Assembly: GCA_963836235.1 (NCBI GenBank)
Contig: CAWIIP010000002.1
Location: 704,001 to 768,000, forward strand
Source: an uncultured Pseudomonadota bacterium
Lineage (GTDB): Bacteria; Oederibacteriota; Muellerivitia; Muellerivitales; Muellerivitaceae
Length of the DNA: 64,000 nucleotides
Direction: 5' to 3'
The translations under genes and the position numbers were made by a program. Positions 20,867-32,409 of the stretch are shown here, one piece after another. Position 1 is the first letter of the stretch; the number at the start of each line of letters is the position of its first letter. A model generated the notes under the pieces. It was not told the origin of the DNA. It did not search any database and saw nothing but the letters and a program-made list of their open reading frames with translations.

Positions 20867-21918
20867 GCTGAATTCAACCAGTAAGTGCAACACCTAGACG
20901 AAAGACCTGCTCCGGCGTTTTGAAGCGAAGGCACTTGCGTGGACGGCTGTTGAGAGCCCGCTCCACACGTCGCACGTTCGCTGGAGTTATGGTAGCAAAA
21001 TCGGTTTTCTTTGGATAGAAGCGCCGCACCAAACCATTAGTGTTTTCGACGGTTCCCTTTTCCCAACTGTGGAAAGGAAGACAGAAAAAGGAACGGGTTC
21101 CTAAGAGATTGTTAACTTGAAGATGCTCGATGTTTTCAGAGCCGTTGTCGTAAGTAATGGTCCGGCGTAACCCCTTCGGAAAGAGGGTGAGCCGTCGATT
21201 GATAGCTGCTCGTGTTTTCGAAGCGGACTTTTGAGGCAACCAGGCGAGTTTCACGAGGCGGCTTTTTCGTTCGACCATCACCAAAAGGGAGGCTTTACTT
21301 TTTCTGGAGATGATGGTGTCCGCTTCCCAGTGACCAAATTGACGCCGCGTCTGCACGATGGCGGGTCGTTGAGTGATCGGAGTTCGTTCTGGAATATGGC
21401 TTTTTCGATGTTTGTGCGAATGCCATCGGCGAAGCCGCTTTCGATGGGAACGAGCCAAGAGAGGGATGAGGTTTCGGGCTTCGGAATAAATGAACTGGTA
21501 GACGGCCTCGTGGGAAATGAATAGTTTGGAGTTCTCAAGGCGAAGCTGACCAGCAATTTGTTCGGGAGAAAACCCCTGATGAAGCTTACGCAAAACATGT
21601 TGTCGGATCCCTGGTTTTTTGAGACGCAGATGGGTCCGAGAGAGTTGGTTACGCTGGGTAGATCGCAGGTGAGCCCGAGCTGGTAGATAACGGCCAGGAC
21701 GTAAAGGTGGTGCGTTACGCTTCAACTCTCGGGAAACACTGGACACATCACGTTCGAGGCGTCGGGCGATTTCTCGTATGGAGAGGCCTTCTGCCTTCCA
21801 AACTGCGATTTCTTCACGTTCGGCCAACGACAGGTGCTTGTAGGATTGTTTCATAAAACTTAGGATAACCCCCGGATTCTGCCGGGGCTAAGTGTTGCAC
21901 TTCGCTATTGAACTGGGG
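20867..21918 (-). mobile_element. IS30-family insertion sequence, 1052 bp
   Basis: Imperfect terminal IRs gctgaaTTCAAccagtAAGTGCAACACcTAG and ccccagTTCAAtagcgAAGTGCAACACtTAG, resembling IS30 ends. Flanking AAA duplication at 20864-20866 and 21919-21921; single transposase. Confidence 0.9.
20874..21854 (-). CDS. IS30-family transposase
   Basis: HTH (LSIREIARRLERDVSSVSRELKRN), SPEQIAG, and DDE motifs GHWEADT, TYDNGSE, WEKGTVENTNGLVR. Confidence 0.96.
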   Translation of the reverse strand: MKQSYKHLSLAEREEIAVWKAEGLSIREIARRLERDVSSVSRELKRNAPPLRPGRYLPARAHLRSTQRNQLSRTHLRLKKPGIRQHVLRKLHQGFSPEQIAGQLRLENSKLFISHEAVYQFIYSEARNLIPLLARSHRKRLRRWHSHKHRKSHIPERTPITQRPAIVQTRRQFGHWEADTIISRKSKASLLVMVERKSRLVKLAWLPQKSASKTRAAINRRLTLFPKGLRRTITYDNGSENIEHLQVNNLLGTRSFFCLPFHSWEKGTVENTNGLVRRFYPKKTDFATITPANVRRVERALNSRPRKCLRFKTPEQVFRLGVALTG

Positions 21919-22548
21919 AAATTCATTAACTTCTTTTGAATGAGTTAAATTTATCAAGTGCCCGCCACCTCTTATACACTGATCCGGCTCAACATTTCGA
22001 ACAGGAATGAGATGGTCACACTCCCCATGAATGTGATGAACTCTTAGTCGATCACTCTTAAATCCTTCCCAACCTAAAATCGCGTGAAGGGTCCATCGAA
22101 GAAATGAATCGGGTGTTTCCAATAACATTTGAATCAATAAATCCTGTTGTCTTTTTGTTTTGGAACCCAAAAATCGTCCGCTTCTCTTAGGGAAAATTTT
22201 AGCGAGAGTTTTACTAATAAGAGGCCAAGATGGAATATGACCTGACATTCTTAAATACCATGGGATGGCCGAAGGATTTCGGCAACTCGATATCAACAAA
22301 ACGGCCTTGGGTTTTACCCACTTTGCCATTTCAAGAGCTAACATCCCCCCAAAAGAAACACCGATAAGATAGCCACCCGGCTTTAGTTTTAAGTGTCCGG
22401 ACCAACGCTGAGCATAGTGAGAAAGGGATTCGTATTTTTGAGGCAGTAGCCAAGAAGGAGTAAGCGCCTGTTTGAACGCCCTTTTTTGATGGCGAAAAAG
22501 TCGTTTATCGGCTCCCAAACCTGGAATTAAAACCAAAGGAGATTTCAT
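21814..22548 (-). CDS. Alpha/beta hydrolase whose last codons are displaced by IS30
   Basis: PGLGAD, nucleophile elbow GVSFGG, HIHGECD, GGHL. Start at MKSPLV (22548). The native tail IKKNVR* lies beyond the IS at 20843-20863. Confidence 0.85.
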   Translation of the reverse strand: MKSPLVLIPGLGADKRLFRHQKRAFKQALTPSWLLPQKYESLSHYAQRWSGHLKLKPGGYLIGVSFGGMLALEMAKWVKPKAVLLISSCRNPSAIPWYLRMSGHIPSWPLISKTLAKIFPKRSGRFLGSKTKRQQDLLIQMLLETPDSFLRWTLHAILGWEGFKSDRLRVHHIHGECDHLIPVRNVEPDQCIRGGGHLINLTHSKEVNEFPQFNSEVQHLAPAESGGYPKFYETILQAPVVGRT

Positions 22549-22565
22549 GAATTCCGCGATCAGAT

Positions 22566-24425
<1,860 letters not shown>

Positions 24426-24464
24426 TTATTTGGATTGAGTTGAAGTTAAGCGATGTGAAAAACT

Positions 24465-24493
24465 AGCATACCGGGGGTTCCAAGGGATTGCAA
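24465..24493 (-). promoter_or_regulatory. Putative sigma70 promoter of thiC
   Basis: Minus strand TTGCAA-17 nt-TATGCT about 40 nt before the start codon. Confidence 0.6.
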
Positions 24494-24504
24494 CTAATCA
24501 GCCT

Positions 24505-24924
24505 TTAGTCGAATTCTTCCTCGATCTTATAGCATTCGTACCGAAGCTTCTTGAAGCGGACGGATGCGGGATGCTTCAAAAGTTTTGAAAACTCCTCCAA
24601 AGACCTCAAAGCTTCCTGGGTCCGCTTAAGATTCGCCTTTAAAAGATCCTGGGGAGTGGATCGTATCTTTTCGCTTTTTTCTTTGTTTCCGCGGCCCAAG
24701 TCCTTCTCTACGTCTCGGGCAGACTGACGGATTTCATTAGATTGAAACAGGGATTTCTCAGCGCTGGTGACTCCATGGCGGAGTTTCTTCAAACGGGCCA
24801 AAAGCTTGGAATCATCCAAGACAAAGCGGGCTACATCCTCGGCAACGCGAAAACCCTCACGGGCCCGGTTACAATTAGCGTCAAGAGCCCTGAAGACCCC
24901 TCGGTTCGCAAACTGGAACTTCAT
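24505..24924 (-). CDS. Stand-alone ThiD2-type domain (N-terminal domain of long ThiE)
   Basis: RALDANCNRAREGFRVAED, ARDVEKDLG, NLKRTQEALRSLEE, LRYECY; adjacent to thiC. Confidence 0.85.
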   Translation of the reverse strand: MKFQFANRGVFRALDANCNRAREGFRVAEDVARFVLDDSKLLARLKKLRHGVTSAEKSLFQSNEIRQSARDVEKDLGRGNKEKSEKIRSTPQDLLKANLKRTQEALRSLEEFSKLLKHPASVRFKKLRYECYKIEEEFD

Positions 24925-24963
24925 GAAAACCGCCTCAGGTGGACGCCGGCTCTTTGCCGTCGA

Positions 24964-26067
24964 TTAACGTTCTTTTCGGATCATCTTGACCGGAGCGTTT
25001 GCAACGGTCTTCTTGCTGAACATGGGCTTGGGGACTTTCTTGGGTTTTACCACTGCGCCCTTGACTTCGGCTTTTTTGGGAGCCGAAGTGGTTTTATCGT
25101 TTTTCTTATCCGTTTTTTCGCCTTTTTTATCGGCGTGCTTTTTCTCGTCACCCTTTTTATCTTCGTGCTTCTTTCCATCCTGTCCTTGAACGCCCTTTTT
25201 GGCCCCTTTATCCGCTCCAGGCACCGGGTGCTCAGGATTTTTAGGAAAGAGTGGCGCGGTAATCTTGATGGATTTGCCCTTTTGCGGCGCAGTGGGCTTT
25301 TTGGCGTCTTCTAACCATTTCCGCTTTGGGGTGTCTTCCTTTAAAAACAAATCGTCCTTCAAGTATGGAACGGCGGAAGTACGGCTGACCTTGGCGGCAA
25401 AATCCAGGTCTTTGGCGTAACCTTTTTGCGTAAGGGACTTTCCCTCGGGGGATTCCCTCAAAAGTTCGATGATCCTCCCTTGCCAAGGCTTATAAAGAGC
25501 CACAGCTTCTTTGGCGCTTTCGGCCAATAGAATGGGTGTGGAACTCAAAGTGTTCTGCAGGAAATCGGAAAGCATCCCGGCGAAAGCCGAATCTTCCGGG
25601 CCTCCGGCGCAAACGATCACCACATCCCGCTTCCCTCGAAGGCAGGAATCGTAAACATCATCCAAATTGACGAAAGAACCCATCACCACATGCTTGGCAT
25701 TTTTCAAAACTTTCAACGCGGTAGGGGTGCTAAAGGCAACAATGCGGTCTTTCACTTTTTCGCGGCTGGAATCCAAAGGTGAGCCGCCTAAATGGAAACC
25801 CGGGATCTTTTCCCAGTCCCTTTCCCCGGCCAAAAGGCCTTCCCCGCGCTTTTGCTTTTCAAATATTTTTTTGGCCGTCCCAGGATCAGGGCAAAGGGCC
25901 ACGCCCGCGGCACCGTGATAAAGATAAACCGCTATGGTGGTGGAAGCTCGCAGAACGTCCGCCAATACCACTGTCGCGTTTTGAACAACCGTCGGCTTTA
26001 CGTCTTTGGGATCGAAATACACGGTAATCTTCAATTTTTTCTCCAGACTTAACTTTTCTTTATCCAT
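24964..26067 (-). CDS. 2-phosphosulfolactate phosphatase (ComB)-like protein with Lys-rich C-terminal tail
   Basis: DVLRASTTI, LAGER, IPGFHLGGSP, IVCAG, ED..FAG; the last ~120 aa are K-rich and low complexity. Confidence 0.8.
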   Translation of the reverse strand: MDKEKLSLEKKLKITVYFDPKDVKPTVVQNATVVLADVLRASTTIAVYLYHGAAGVALCPDPGTAKKIFEKQKRGEGLLAGERDWEKIPGFHLGGSPLDSSREKVKDRIVAFSTPTALKVLKNAKHVVMGSFVNLDDVYDSCLRGKRDVVIVCAGGPEDSAFAGMLSDFLQNTLSSTPILLAESAKEAVALYKPWQGRIIELLRESPEGKSLTQKGYAKDLDFAAKVSRTSAVPYLKDDLFLKEDTPKRKWLEDAKKPTAPQKGKSIKITAPLFPKNPEHPVPGADKGAKKGVQGQDGKKHEDKKGDEKKHADKKGEKTDKKNDKTTSAPKKAEVKGAVVKPKKVPKPMFSKKTVANAPVKMIRKER

Positions 26068-26107
26068 AACATAAATTCGCCCATCATCGGCGGTAAGTTA
26101 CCAGCTC

Positions 26108-27478
26108 TTATTTTTTATCCTCGCCTTTATCCTTCTTGTTCTTCATGAATTTTTCCACAAAGTGGGTAGAGTAATTTCCCCTTTTGAAGGACTCGCTTTC
26201 CAAAATGACCTTCAAGAAATCCGTGGTGGTATGGATACCCTCTACCACCAGTTCGTCCAAAGCCCTCACCATCCGCCGAATGGCTTGGGGACGGTCGGGA
26301 GCATGGACAATAATTTTGGCCAGCATCGAATCGTAATAAGGCGGCACTTTGTATCCCTGATAGAGATGGGTATCCACCCTCACTCCCGGCCCACCGGGAA
26401 CGTGATAGGTCGTCACCGTACCTGGCGAGGGGCGAAAGTTATCATCCGGATTTTCGGCGTTAATGCGGCATTCGATGGCGTGTCCCCGGGGCTCCAGGAT
26501 ATCCTTGCCCATTGAAAGTTTTTCACCCGCCGCGATTTTGATTTGTTCTTTAATAATATCAACCCCGGTGGTCAATTCGGTAACGGGATGCTCCACCTGC
26601 ACGCGGGTGTTCATTTCCATGAAGAAGAAATCACCGTGCTTATCCATAAGAAACTCGATGGTTCCCGCGGAGGTATATTTCACTTCTTTCGCCAATTTGA
26701 GGGCGTATTTTCCCACCTTCTTGCGTTGCCTAGCCGTCAAAACGGGCGAAGGGGCTTCCTCGATCAGTTTCTGGTGAGACCTTTGAATCGTGCAATCCCG
26801 CTCACCCAAGTGCATTACATGGCCATATTCGTCGCCCAGGATCTGAACCTCGATATGCCTGGGTTCCTCGATGTATTTCTCGATATAAACTTCAGGATTT
26901 CCAAAGGCAGCTTCGGCCTCAGCCCTGGCTGTCTGGAAAGCTTGAGTCAGGGAAATATCCGTGTGGGCTACCCGCATACCCTTACCACCACCACCCGCGG
27001 AAGCCTTGATGATGACGGGATACTTGATGATTTTGGCCACCGCGAGAGCTTGCTTCTCATCCTTTACTGGACCGTCGCTTCCGGGCGTAGTTGGGGTTCC
27101 GGCTTTCTTGGCAGTACGGATGGCCGCCACTTTATCCCCCATCAGCCGCATGACTTCGGGCTTGGGACCGATAAATTTAATCTGGCAGCTGGCGCAGACT
27201 TCGGCGAAGTGGGCGTTCTCGGCCAGAAAACCATAACCGGGATGGATGGCCTCAGCATCGGTGATTTCCGCCGCGCTGATAAGCGCGGGGATATTGAGAT
27301 AACTTTCTTTGCTGGCAGGCTTCCCAATGCAGACACTTTCGTCCGCTAAGTGAACGTGTAATGAATCGGCGTCGGCTTGAGAATAAACCGCAACCGTCTT
27401 GATTCCTAATTCTTTGCAAGCCCTAATGATGCGGAGGGCGATTTCCCCCCGGTTGGCGATGAGAATCTTATTGAACAC
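26108..27478 (-). CDS. accC: Acetyl-CoA carboxylase, biotin carboxylase subunit
   Basis: [41 protein letters not shown]. Confidence 0.97.
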   Translation of the reverse strand: MFNKILIANRGEIALRIIRACKELGIKTVAVYSQADADSLHVHLADESVCIGKPASKESYLNIPALISAAEITDAEAIHPGYGFLAENAHFAEVCASCQIKFIGPKPEVMRLMGDKVAAIRTAKKAGTPTTPGSDGPVKDEKQALAVAKIIKYPVIIKASAGGGGKGMRVAHTDISLTQAFQTARAEAEAAFGNPEVYIEKYIEEPRHIEVQILGDEYGHVMHLGERDCTIQRSHQKLIEEAPSPVLTARQRKKVGKYALKLAKEVKYTSAGTIEFLMDKHGDFFFMEMNTRVQVEHPVTELTTGVDIIKEQIKIAAGEKLSMGKDILEPRGHAIECRINAENPDDNFRPSPGTVTTYHVPGGPGVRVDTHLYQGYKVPPYYDSMLAKIIVHAPDRPQAIRRMVRALDELVVEGIHTTTDFLKVILESESFKRGNYSTHFVEKFMKNKKDKGEDKK

Positions 27479-27506
27479 TAGCTTTCCTTAAATAAAAAAG
27501 TTTTTC

Positions 27507-27550
27507 GCTGTCAGCTTTTGCTATCAGCCAACAGCTATCCGCTAAGGGCT
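27507..27550. repeat. Degenerate heptamer tandem repeat (GCTnnnn)
   Basis: gctgtca gctttt gctatca gccaaca gctatcc gctaagg gct between accB and accC. Confidence 0.55.
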
Positions 27551-27554
27551 TTGT

Positions 27555-28127
27555 TTAACTGGGATCAACAACAATCAAGGGCTGGTTAAACTCGACGGCC
27601 TGGCCATTCTGGACGAGGATTTTGACGACCTTGCCGGCCACTTCGGACTTCACTTCGTTCATGAGCTTCATGGCCTCAATAATGCAATAAACTTGGCCCA
27701 CCGCGATCTTGTCGCCTTCTTCTATGAAAACTTTTGCCTCGGGCGATGGAGCGCGGTAAAAGGTTCCCACCATGGGAGAATTCAACGTGGCCCCAGCGTC
27801 CCCTGCTGATACGGGCGCTCCTGCCGCCGGAGTGGCGGCCGAGGAACCAGCAGCGGGAGTGGCGGAAGTCGCGATTACTGGCGCAGCCGCAACCACGGCG
27901 GGAGCCATGCCCGCGACAAAGGGAATCCCCGGTCCTCGTCGAAGATGGACCTTAACGTCCCCCTGTTCAAAACTGAGTTCGGTAATATCCGCGTCATTCA
28001 TGAGGGCGATAACGTCCTGCACGATAGACAGTTTGGAACTGACTTTGATTTTCTTGGTTGGGACGGATTCGCTTTTTTTCTTCTTTTCCGGCTTGGACCC
28101 TTCGTTCTTTTCCGGGCTAGTCGACAT
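27555..28127 (-). CDS. accB: Biotin carboxyl carrier protein
   Basis: SPMVGTFY, biotinylation motif EAMKLMNE, Ala/Pro linker. Confidence 0.96.
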   Translation of the reverse strand: MSTSPEKNEGSKPEKKKKSESVPTKKIKVSSKLSIVQDVIALMNDADITELSFEQGDVKVHLRRGPGIPFVAGMAPAVVAAAPVIATSATPAAGSSAATPAAGAPVSAGDAGATLNSPMVGTFYRAPSPEAKVFIEEGDKIAVGQVYCIIEAMKLMNEVKSEVAGKVVKILVQNGQAVEFNQPLIVVDPS

Positions 28128-28173
28128 TCAATGTCTCCTTTCTAACGCAACGGCTGAACAACGGATGGGGGAA

Positions 28174-28731
28174 TCAAACTCTTTCTAAATATTCCCCGGT
28201 TCTGGTATCGACCTTGATAACGTCCCCTTCTTTCACGAAAAGGGGTACTTGAATGGTAGCTCCGCTCTCGAGGGTGGCGGGCTTGCTAGCTCCCGAAACC
28301 CTGTCGCCCTTGATGCCGGGCTCCGAGGAGGTAATCTTTAAATTAACAGTAATAGGCAACTTCACGCTGATAGGACGTTCTTTATAAAAGAGGACTTCAA
28401 TGGCCATTTCGTCCTTCAGCCATTGGTACCCTTCCCCAACTTCTTCTTCGGTCAGCTCCAATTGCTCGTAGGTTTCGGTATCCATAAAAATGAATTTCTC
28501 GCCCTGCTTGTACATGTACTGCATTTCTTTTTCTTCGACCGCCGGCTCGGGTACTTTTTCCCAGCTATCCAGGGTCTTATCGGTCACCGTGCCCAACTCC
28601 ACGTTTTTAAGCTTCAGACGGACAAACCCGCCACCCTTACCTGGCTTCACATGCTGGTAGGCAGTGACCCGGTAAAGGACCCCGTCAAATTCGCAAAGAT
28701 TCCCAGCCCGCAGGTCCATAACAGTAAGCAT
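28174..28731 (-). CDS. efp: Elongation factor P
   Basis: HVKPGKGG, PGIKGD, KPATLESG, VPLFV, DTRTGEY. Confidence 0.97.
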   Translation of the reverse strand: MLTVMDLRAGNLCEFDGVLYRVTAYQHVKPGKGGGFVRLKLKNVELGTVTDKTLDSWEKVPEPAVEEKEMQYMYKQGEKFIFMDTETYEQLELTEEEVGEGYQWLKDEMAIEVLFYKERPISVKLPITVNLKITSSEPGIKGDRVSGASKPATLESGATIQVPLFVKEGDVIKVDTRTGEYLERV

Positions 28732-29035
28732 TTCAAAGCCTCCAAAGGAGTAGGGGAAAAACCCTTATTTAATAGGCACATTTAGGCCAAAAGACGTAAA
28801 AAACCTTATTTTTAATGGTTTTTGAGCCAAAAGAGGCGGCATTTTACAGGAAAGTTAGCCATCCGTCAAACTACCCTTGGCTGACCCCTCAAAATTAATT
28901 AGAAACCCCCAATTTCTGAGGCTTTTTAAGAATCTCTGGGAAGAGGCGAGCGGACTCAGTTAGGCCTATACCTGACAAGTAAAGCCGGAACCGGTTCATG
29001 AACCTAGCCTGAGCTACCCTAAATCCAGGCAGAAG

Positions 29036-29422
29036 CTAGCGGGCTTTCTTGGCGCTGAAAACCTCTTTAGCGGCATACATGGCGTTCATGGCCGCTGGGA
29101 ACCCGGCATAGACCGCCATCTGAAGGATGGCCTCGATGATCTCTTGCTTGGTACATCCCACGTTGAGGGCGCCCTTGATATGGGACTTCAACTGAAGAGG
29201 GGCATTTCCAAGGGTGACTAAGGAGGCAATGGTCAAAAGCTGGCGGGTCTTCAAGTCCAATTCCGGACGAGAATAGATATCCCCAAAGGCAAACTCTGTG
29301 ACGAACTTTCCCAACTCGGGACTAATGTCCTTTAGGCTGTTGACTGTAGCTTTCGCCACCGGCCCGTGGATTTCTTGGAATTTTTTCCAACCTTTTTCGT
29401 AACGATCGGTTGTCATTTTCAA
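29036..29422 (-). CDS. Carboxymuconolactone decarboxylase family protein
   Basis: FAFGDIYSR, LDLKTRQL, HIKGALNVG, YAGFPAA. Confidence 0.9.
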   Translation of the reverse strand: MKMTTDRYEKGWKKFQEIHGPVAKATVNSLKDISPELGKFVTEFAFGDIYSRPELDLKTRQLLTIASLVTLGNAPLQLKSHIKGALNVGCTKQEIIEAILQMAVYAGFPAAMNAMYAAKEVFSAKKAR

Positions 29423-29440
29423 TTCTCTTCTATCTTTTCA

Positions 29441-30472
29441 TTAAAGACTTTTCTTCAATTGATCAATTTTCGTTCTTTCTTCATTATCTTCGGCTTTACA
29501 CTCTTTCAAAAAACACTCGAACCAAGCTTTGACTTGATTATCACCATTTGCCGAAACTTTTTTCAAATCCAGAAAATACGTTTTCAAAAATTTTTCAGGT
29601 TCTTCCATTAAATAAATAGCAGTCGAAGGCGAGTCTATTTCATTACCTATTTCAAATTTCGGTTTGAATTTATTTTCTTTTTCGTCCCAAAAATATCTGA
29701 AATCGTAATCTTTTGAAAATATTTTTTTACTTTCAACCTCATACTTTTCATCACCACAACGCCCAAAATAATAATTTATGGTTAAATTCTGCTCCAAGTA
29801 ATTTGGCGTTTGGTTTTTTTGGACCTCGAGATTCGTTTCGTGAAAATCCGCATCATAAGGTAATCCCCAAGTACTCCGTTGACCTTCCGAAGGATAATCC
29901 AAAACATCTTTCAGTTTATTTTCATTCAACCAATAAACATGATATTCGGAAGTCCAAACACCCGTTCCGCCTTCAGAATCTCTCAATGAAATAAAATCCC
30001 TATTCTCAAAGCGGAAGTAGATTGGATTCGGTTCATAATAATGTTCATTTGTTTGCAATATATCTCCAAGAGTCCATATCCCACGATCATTTTTGCTGAA
30101 AAAGATAAAATAAACGTCGTATGAAGTCGGAATATTCATTTGAACAAAAAGCGATTTAAAATCCCCATTTTTATCAACAATTGAGTACTTTCGTGCGTCA
30201 AAATATTTCCGAAGATTTTCTTCCGAAAAAATTTCAGGAACATACTCCTTCAGGACCTCTTTTTTTATTCGCCACAAAAAATATTCAACTTTATTTTTAT
30301 CCGGATCAATCGAAGATAAAACTTCTCTTATTTTCGAGCTTTTACCTTCAATTAAATGGTATTCGGAACTTACTTCTTGAGCTTCGACTCCAATAGCCAT
30401 GTGTGGAAAAATAATTGCTGATATCCAGCAGGAAATCAAAATAATTAAGATCAAATGTTTTTGACAACTCAT
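29441..30472 (-). CDS. Hypothetical exported protein, AT-rich
   Basis: 343-aa ORF with an N-terminal hydrophobic signal and a GGTGVW motif; visibly lower GC than its neighbours. Confidence 0.7.
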   Translation of the reverse strand: MSCQKHLILIILISCWISAIIFPHMAIGVEAQEVSSEYHLIEGKSSKIREVLSSIDPDKNKVEYFLWRIKKEVLKEYVPEIFSEENLRKYFDARKYSIVDKNGDFKSLFVQMNIPTSYDVYFIFFSKNDRGIWTLGDILQTNEHYYEPNPIYFRFENRDFISLRDSEGGTGVWTSEYHVYWLNENKLKDVLDYPSEGQRSTWGLPYDADFHETNLEVQKNQTPNYLEQNLTINYYFGRCGDEKYEVESKKIFSKDYDFRYFWDEKENKFKPKFEIGNEIDSPSTAIYLMEEPEKFLKTYFLDLKKVSANGDNQVKAWFECFLKECKAEDNEERTKIDQLKKSL

Positions 30473-30501
30473 TACTTATGCTCCAACTTTTCGAAATTCA
30501 T

Positions 30502-32391
30502 TTACTCATCAATAAACCTTCTGTGCCACATCTCGACCAACAGCAGCCCATACAAAAGCAGGTGATGGTCTTTCTTACCCGAAAGGTGCTCCTGAAGAAT
30601 CTGCTCGGTCTTGGTGATGTTGAAATAGCCCCGCTTCTGGAATTTCTCGGAATGAAGGATATCAACCAACAAGGATTTTAATTCCTTGCGAAACCAAGGG
30701 CCCAGGGGCACGGCGAAACCCTTCTTTTGGCGGTTGATAATTTCGTTGGGAAGGTATTTCTGGGCGGCCTTTTTCAAAATATATTTTCCCGTTCTCCCCT
30801 TGAGCTTTAGCGAAGACGGGAGGGAAAAGGCGAATTCCACCAGCCGGTGGTCCAGATAAGGCACCCGGGCTTCCAGCGAGGCCGCCATGCTCATGCGGTC
30901 GACCTTGTTCAAGAGGTCGTCGGGCAACCAGGTCTTCAAGTCCATATAGAGCATCAGGTTCAGGTTGTCGAAACCATAGGGCTCGGCCCCTTCGAAAATC
31001 CGCTCCAGGGATTCCTCGACCTTGGAATGTTCCATTTCATACAACAGCTTCTCCCCCGCCAGACCTTGCAGGGTTTCTTCCAGGCAAAGCCGGGACCAGG
31101 CCATGTGCCGTTTCACCAAATCCTCTTTATTCAAGGCATGCCAGGCCTGTTTGTAAGGGTCCTTCATCCCGCCCGTCACGAAAGGCACGAGCGATTTCAT
31201 CCAACCGGGAATCAACTTTATCCCGCTCGAAAGCTGGTCATAGGAGTAGCGCCGGTAGCCCCCAAAAAGTTCGTCGGCACCTTCCCCGGTAAGGACCACC
31301 TTCACTTCCTGCCGGGCGAAAAGGGAGACCACGAAGGTGGGCAATATAGCGGGGTCGATAACCGGGTCGTCCTGGTATTTCACCAGCTTCGGGATAAGGT
31401 CGTTGAGCATCTCGGCATTGACCATGATTTCCCGGTGCTGGCTTTTGAGGGATTTGGAGACCTTCTGGGCGAATTTGAGTTCGTTAAAGTCATGCTGGTT
31501 CTCGAAACCTACCGAGTAAGTCTTGACCGACTGGCGGGTTTGCTGGGTCATCGCCGCCACGACAAAGGAAGAATCCAGCCCGCCGGAAAGAAATGCCCCC
31601 AGGGGCACATCCGACATCAGTTGTTCCTTCACGCTGGCGAAAAACTTGGAGCGTAGCTCCTCGACCAGGTTTTTCTCCTGGGCCGAATCCACATCCTCGC
31701 CGATGGTCGTGGAGATCTTGGGAAGTTCCCAATAAGGCCGCACCATCATCTTGCCGCTCTGGCACACCAAGTAATGGCCGGCAGGCAGTTTGCGGATGCC
31801 CTTGAACAAAGTGTCCGGCGTCGGAACGTATTGGAGAGTCATGAGCGTAAGGATTTGCTTGGAATCCACTTGCCGCGGCACCGTATCCAACGCGAGTAAA
31901 GCCTTGATTTCAGAGCCAAAGACCAGCGACCCATCGGCGGTGGTGTAATAAAGAGGCTTCACCCCCACATGGTCCCGGGCCAGGATGAGTTTTTGGAAAG
32001 TCTCGTCCCAGAGGGCGAAAGCGAACATGCCCCTGAGTTTGGAAATAAACTTATCGCCGTATTCCTCATAGGCATGAACGAGGACTTCAATATCCGAATT
32101 GCTGGAAAAACGGTGTCCGGCCTCTTCCAAAGGCCCGCGCAGTTCCTTGTGGTTGTAGATTTCCCCATTACCAACCACCCATATATTGCCCCGCTCATTG
32201 GAGATGGGCTGGGCTCCGCCCGCGACGTCGACAATGGCCAAGCGGGTCATGCCAAGCCCCACCGGACCCTTTTGGTAAATGCCCTTGTCGTCCGGACCCC
32301 GGTGCTTGATGGATTCGGTCATGTCCTCGAGATGCTTCATCTTCAAGGGCAGGCCCGGCTTAAATTGGCAGAAACCCGCTATACCACACAT
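30502..32391 (-). CDS. asnB: Asparagine synthase (glutamine-hydrolysing) family amidotransferase
   Basis: N-terminal MCGIAG, HRGPD, NGEIYN, LSGGLDSS, GEGADELFGGY, EARVPYLD. Confidence 0.95.
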   Translation of the reverse strand: MCGIAGFCQFKPGLPLKMKHLEDMTESIKHRGPDDKGIYQKGPVGLGMTRLAIVDVAGGAQPISNERGNIWVVGNGEIYNHKELRGPLEEAGHRFSSNSDIEVLVHAYEEYGDKFISKLRGMFAFALWDETFQKLILARDHVGVKPLYYTTADGSLVFGSEIKALLALDTVPRQVDSKQILTLMTLQYVPTPDTLFKGIRKLPAGHYLVCQSGKMMVRPYWELPKISTTIGEDVDSAQEKNLVEELRSKFFASVKEQLMSDVPLGAFLSGGLDSSFVVAAMTQQTRQSVKTYSVGFENQHDFNELKFAQKVSKSLKSQHREIMVNAEMLNDLIPKLVKYQDDPVIDPAILPTFVVSLFARQEVKVVLTGEGADELFGGYRRYSYDQLSSGIKLIPGWMKSLVPFVTGGMKDPYKQAWHALNKEDLVKRHMAWSRLCLEETLQGLAGEKLLYEMEHSKVEESLERIFEGAEPYGFDNLNLMLYMDLKTWLPDDLLNKVDRMSMAASLEARVPYLDHRLVEFAFSLPSSLKLKGRTGKYILKKAAQKYLPNEIINRQKKGFAVPLGPWFRKELKSLLVDILHSEKFQKRGYFNITKTEQILQEHLSGKKDHHLLLYGLLLVEMWHRRFIDE

Positions 32392-32409
32392 AATGACCCC
32401 AGTTCACAG

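Noticed and set aside
28895-29035. 46 open codons in frame after the TAG of the CMD gene (amber read-through)
   Set aside because: An open stretch of this length is plausible by chance, the CMD domain is already complete, and no pyl genes are in the window.
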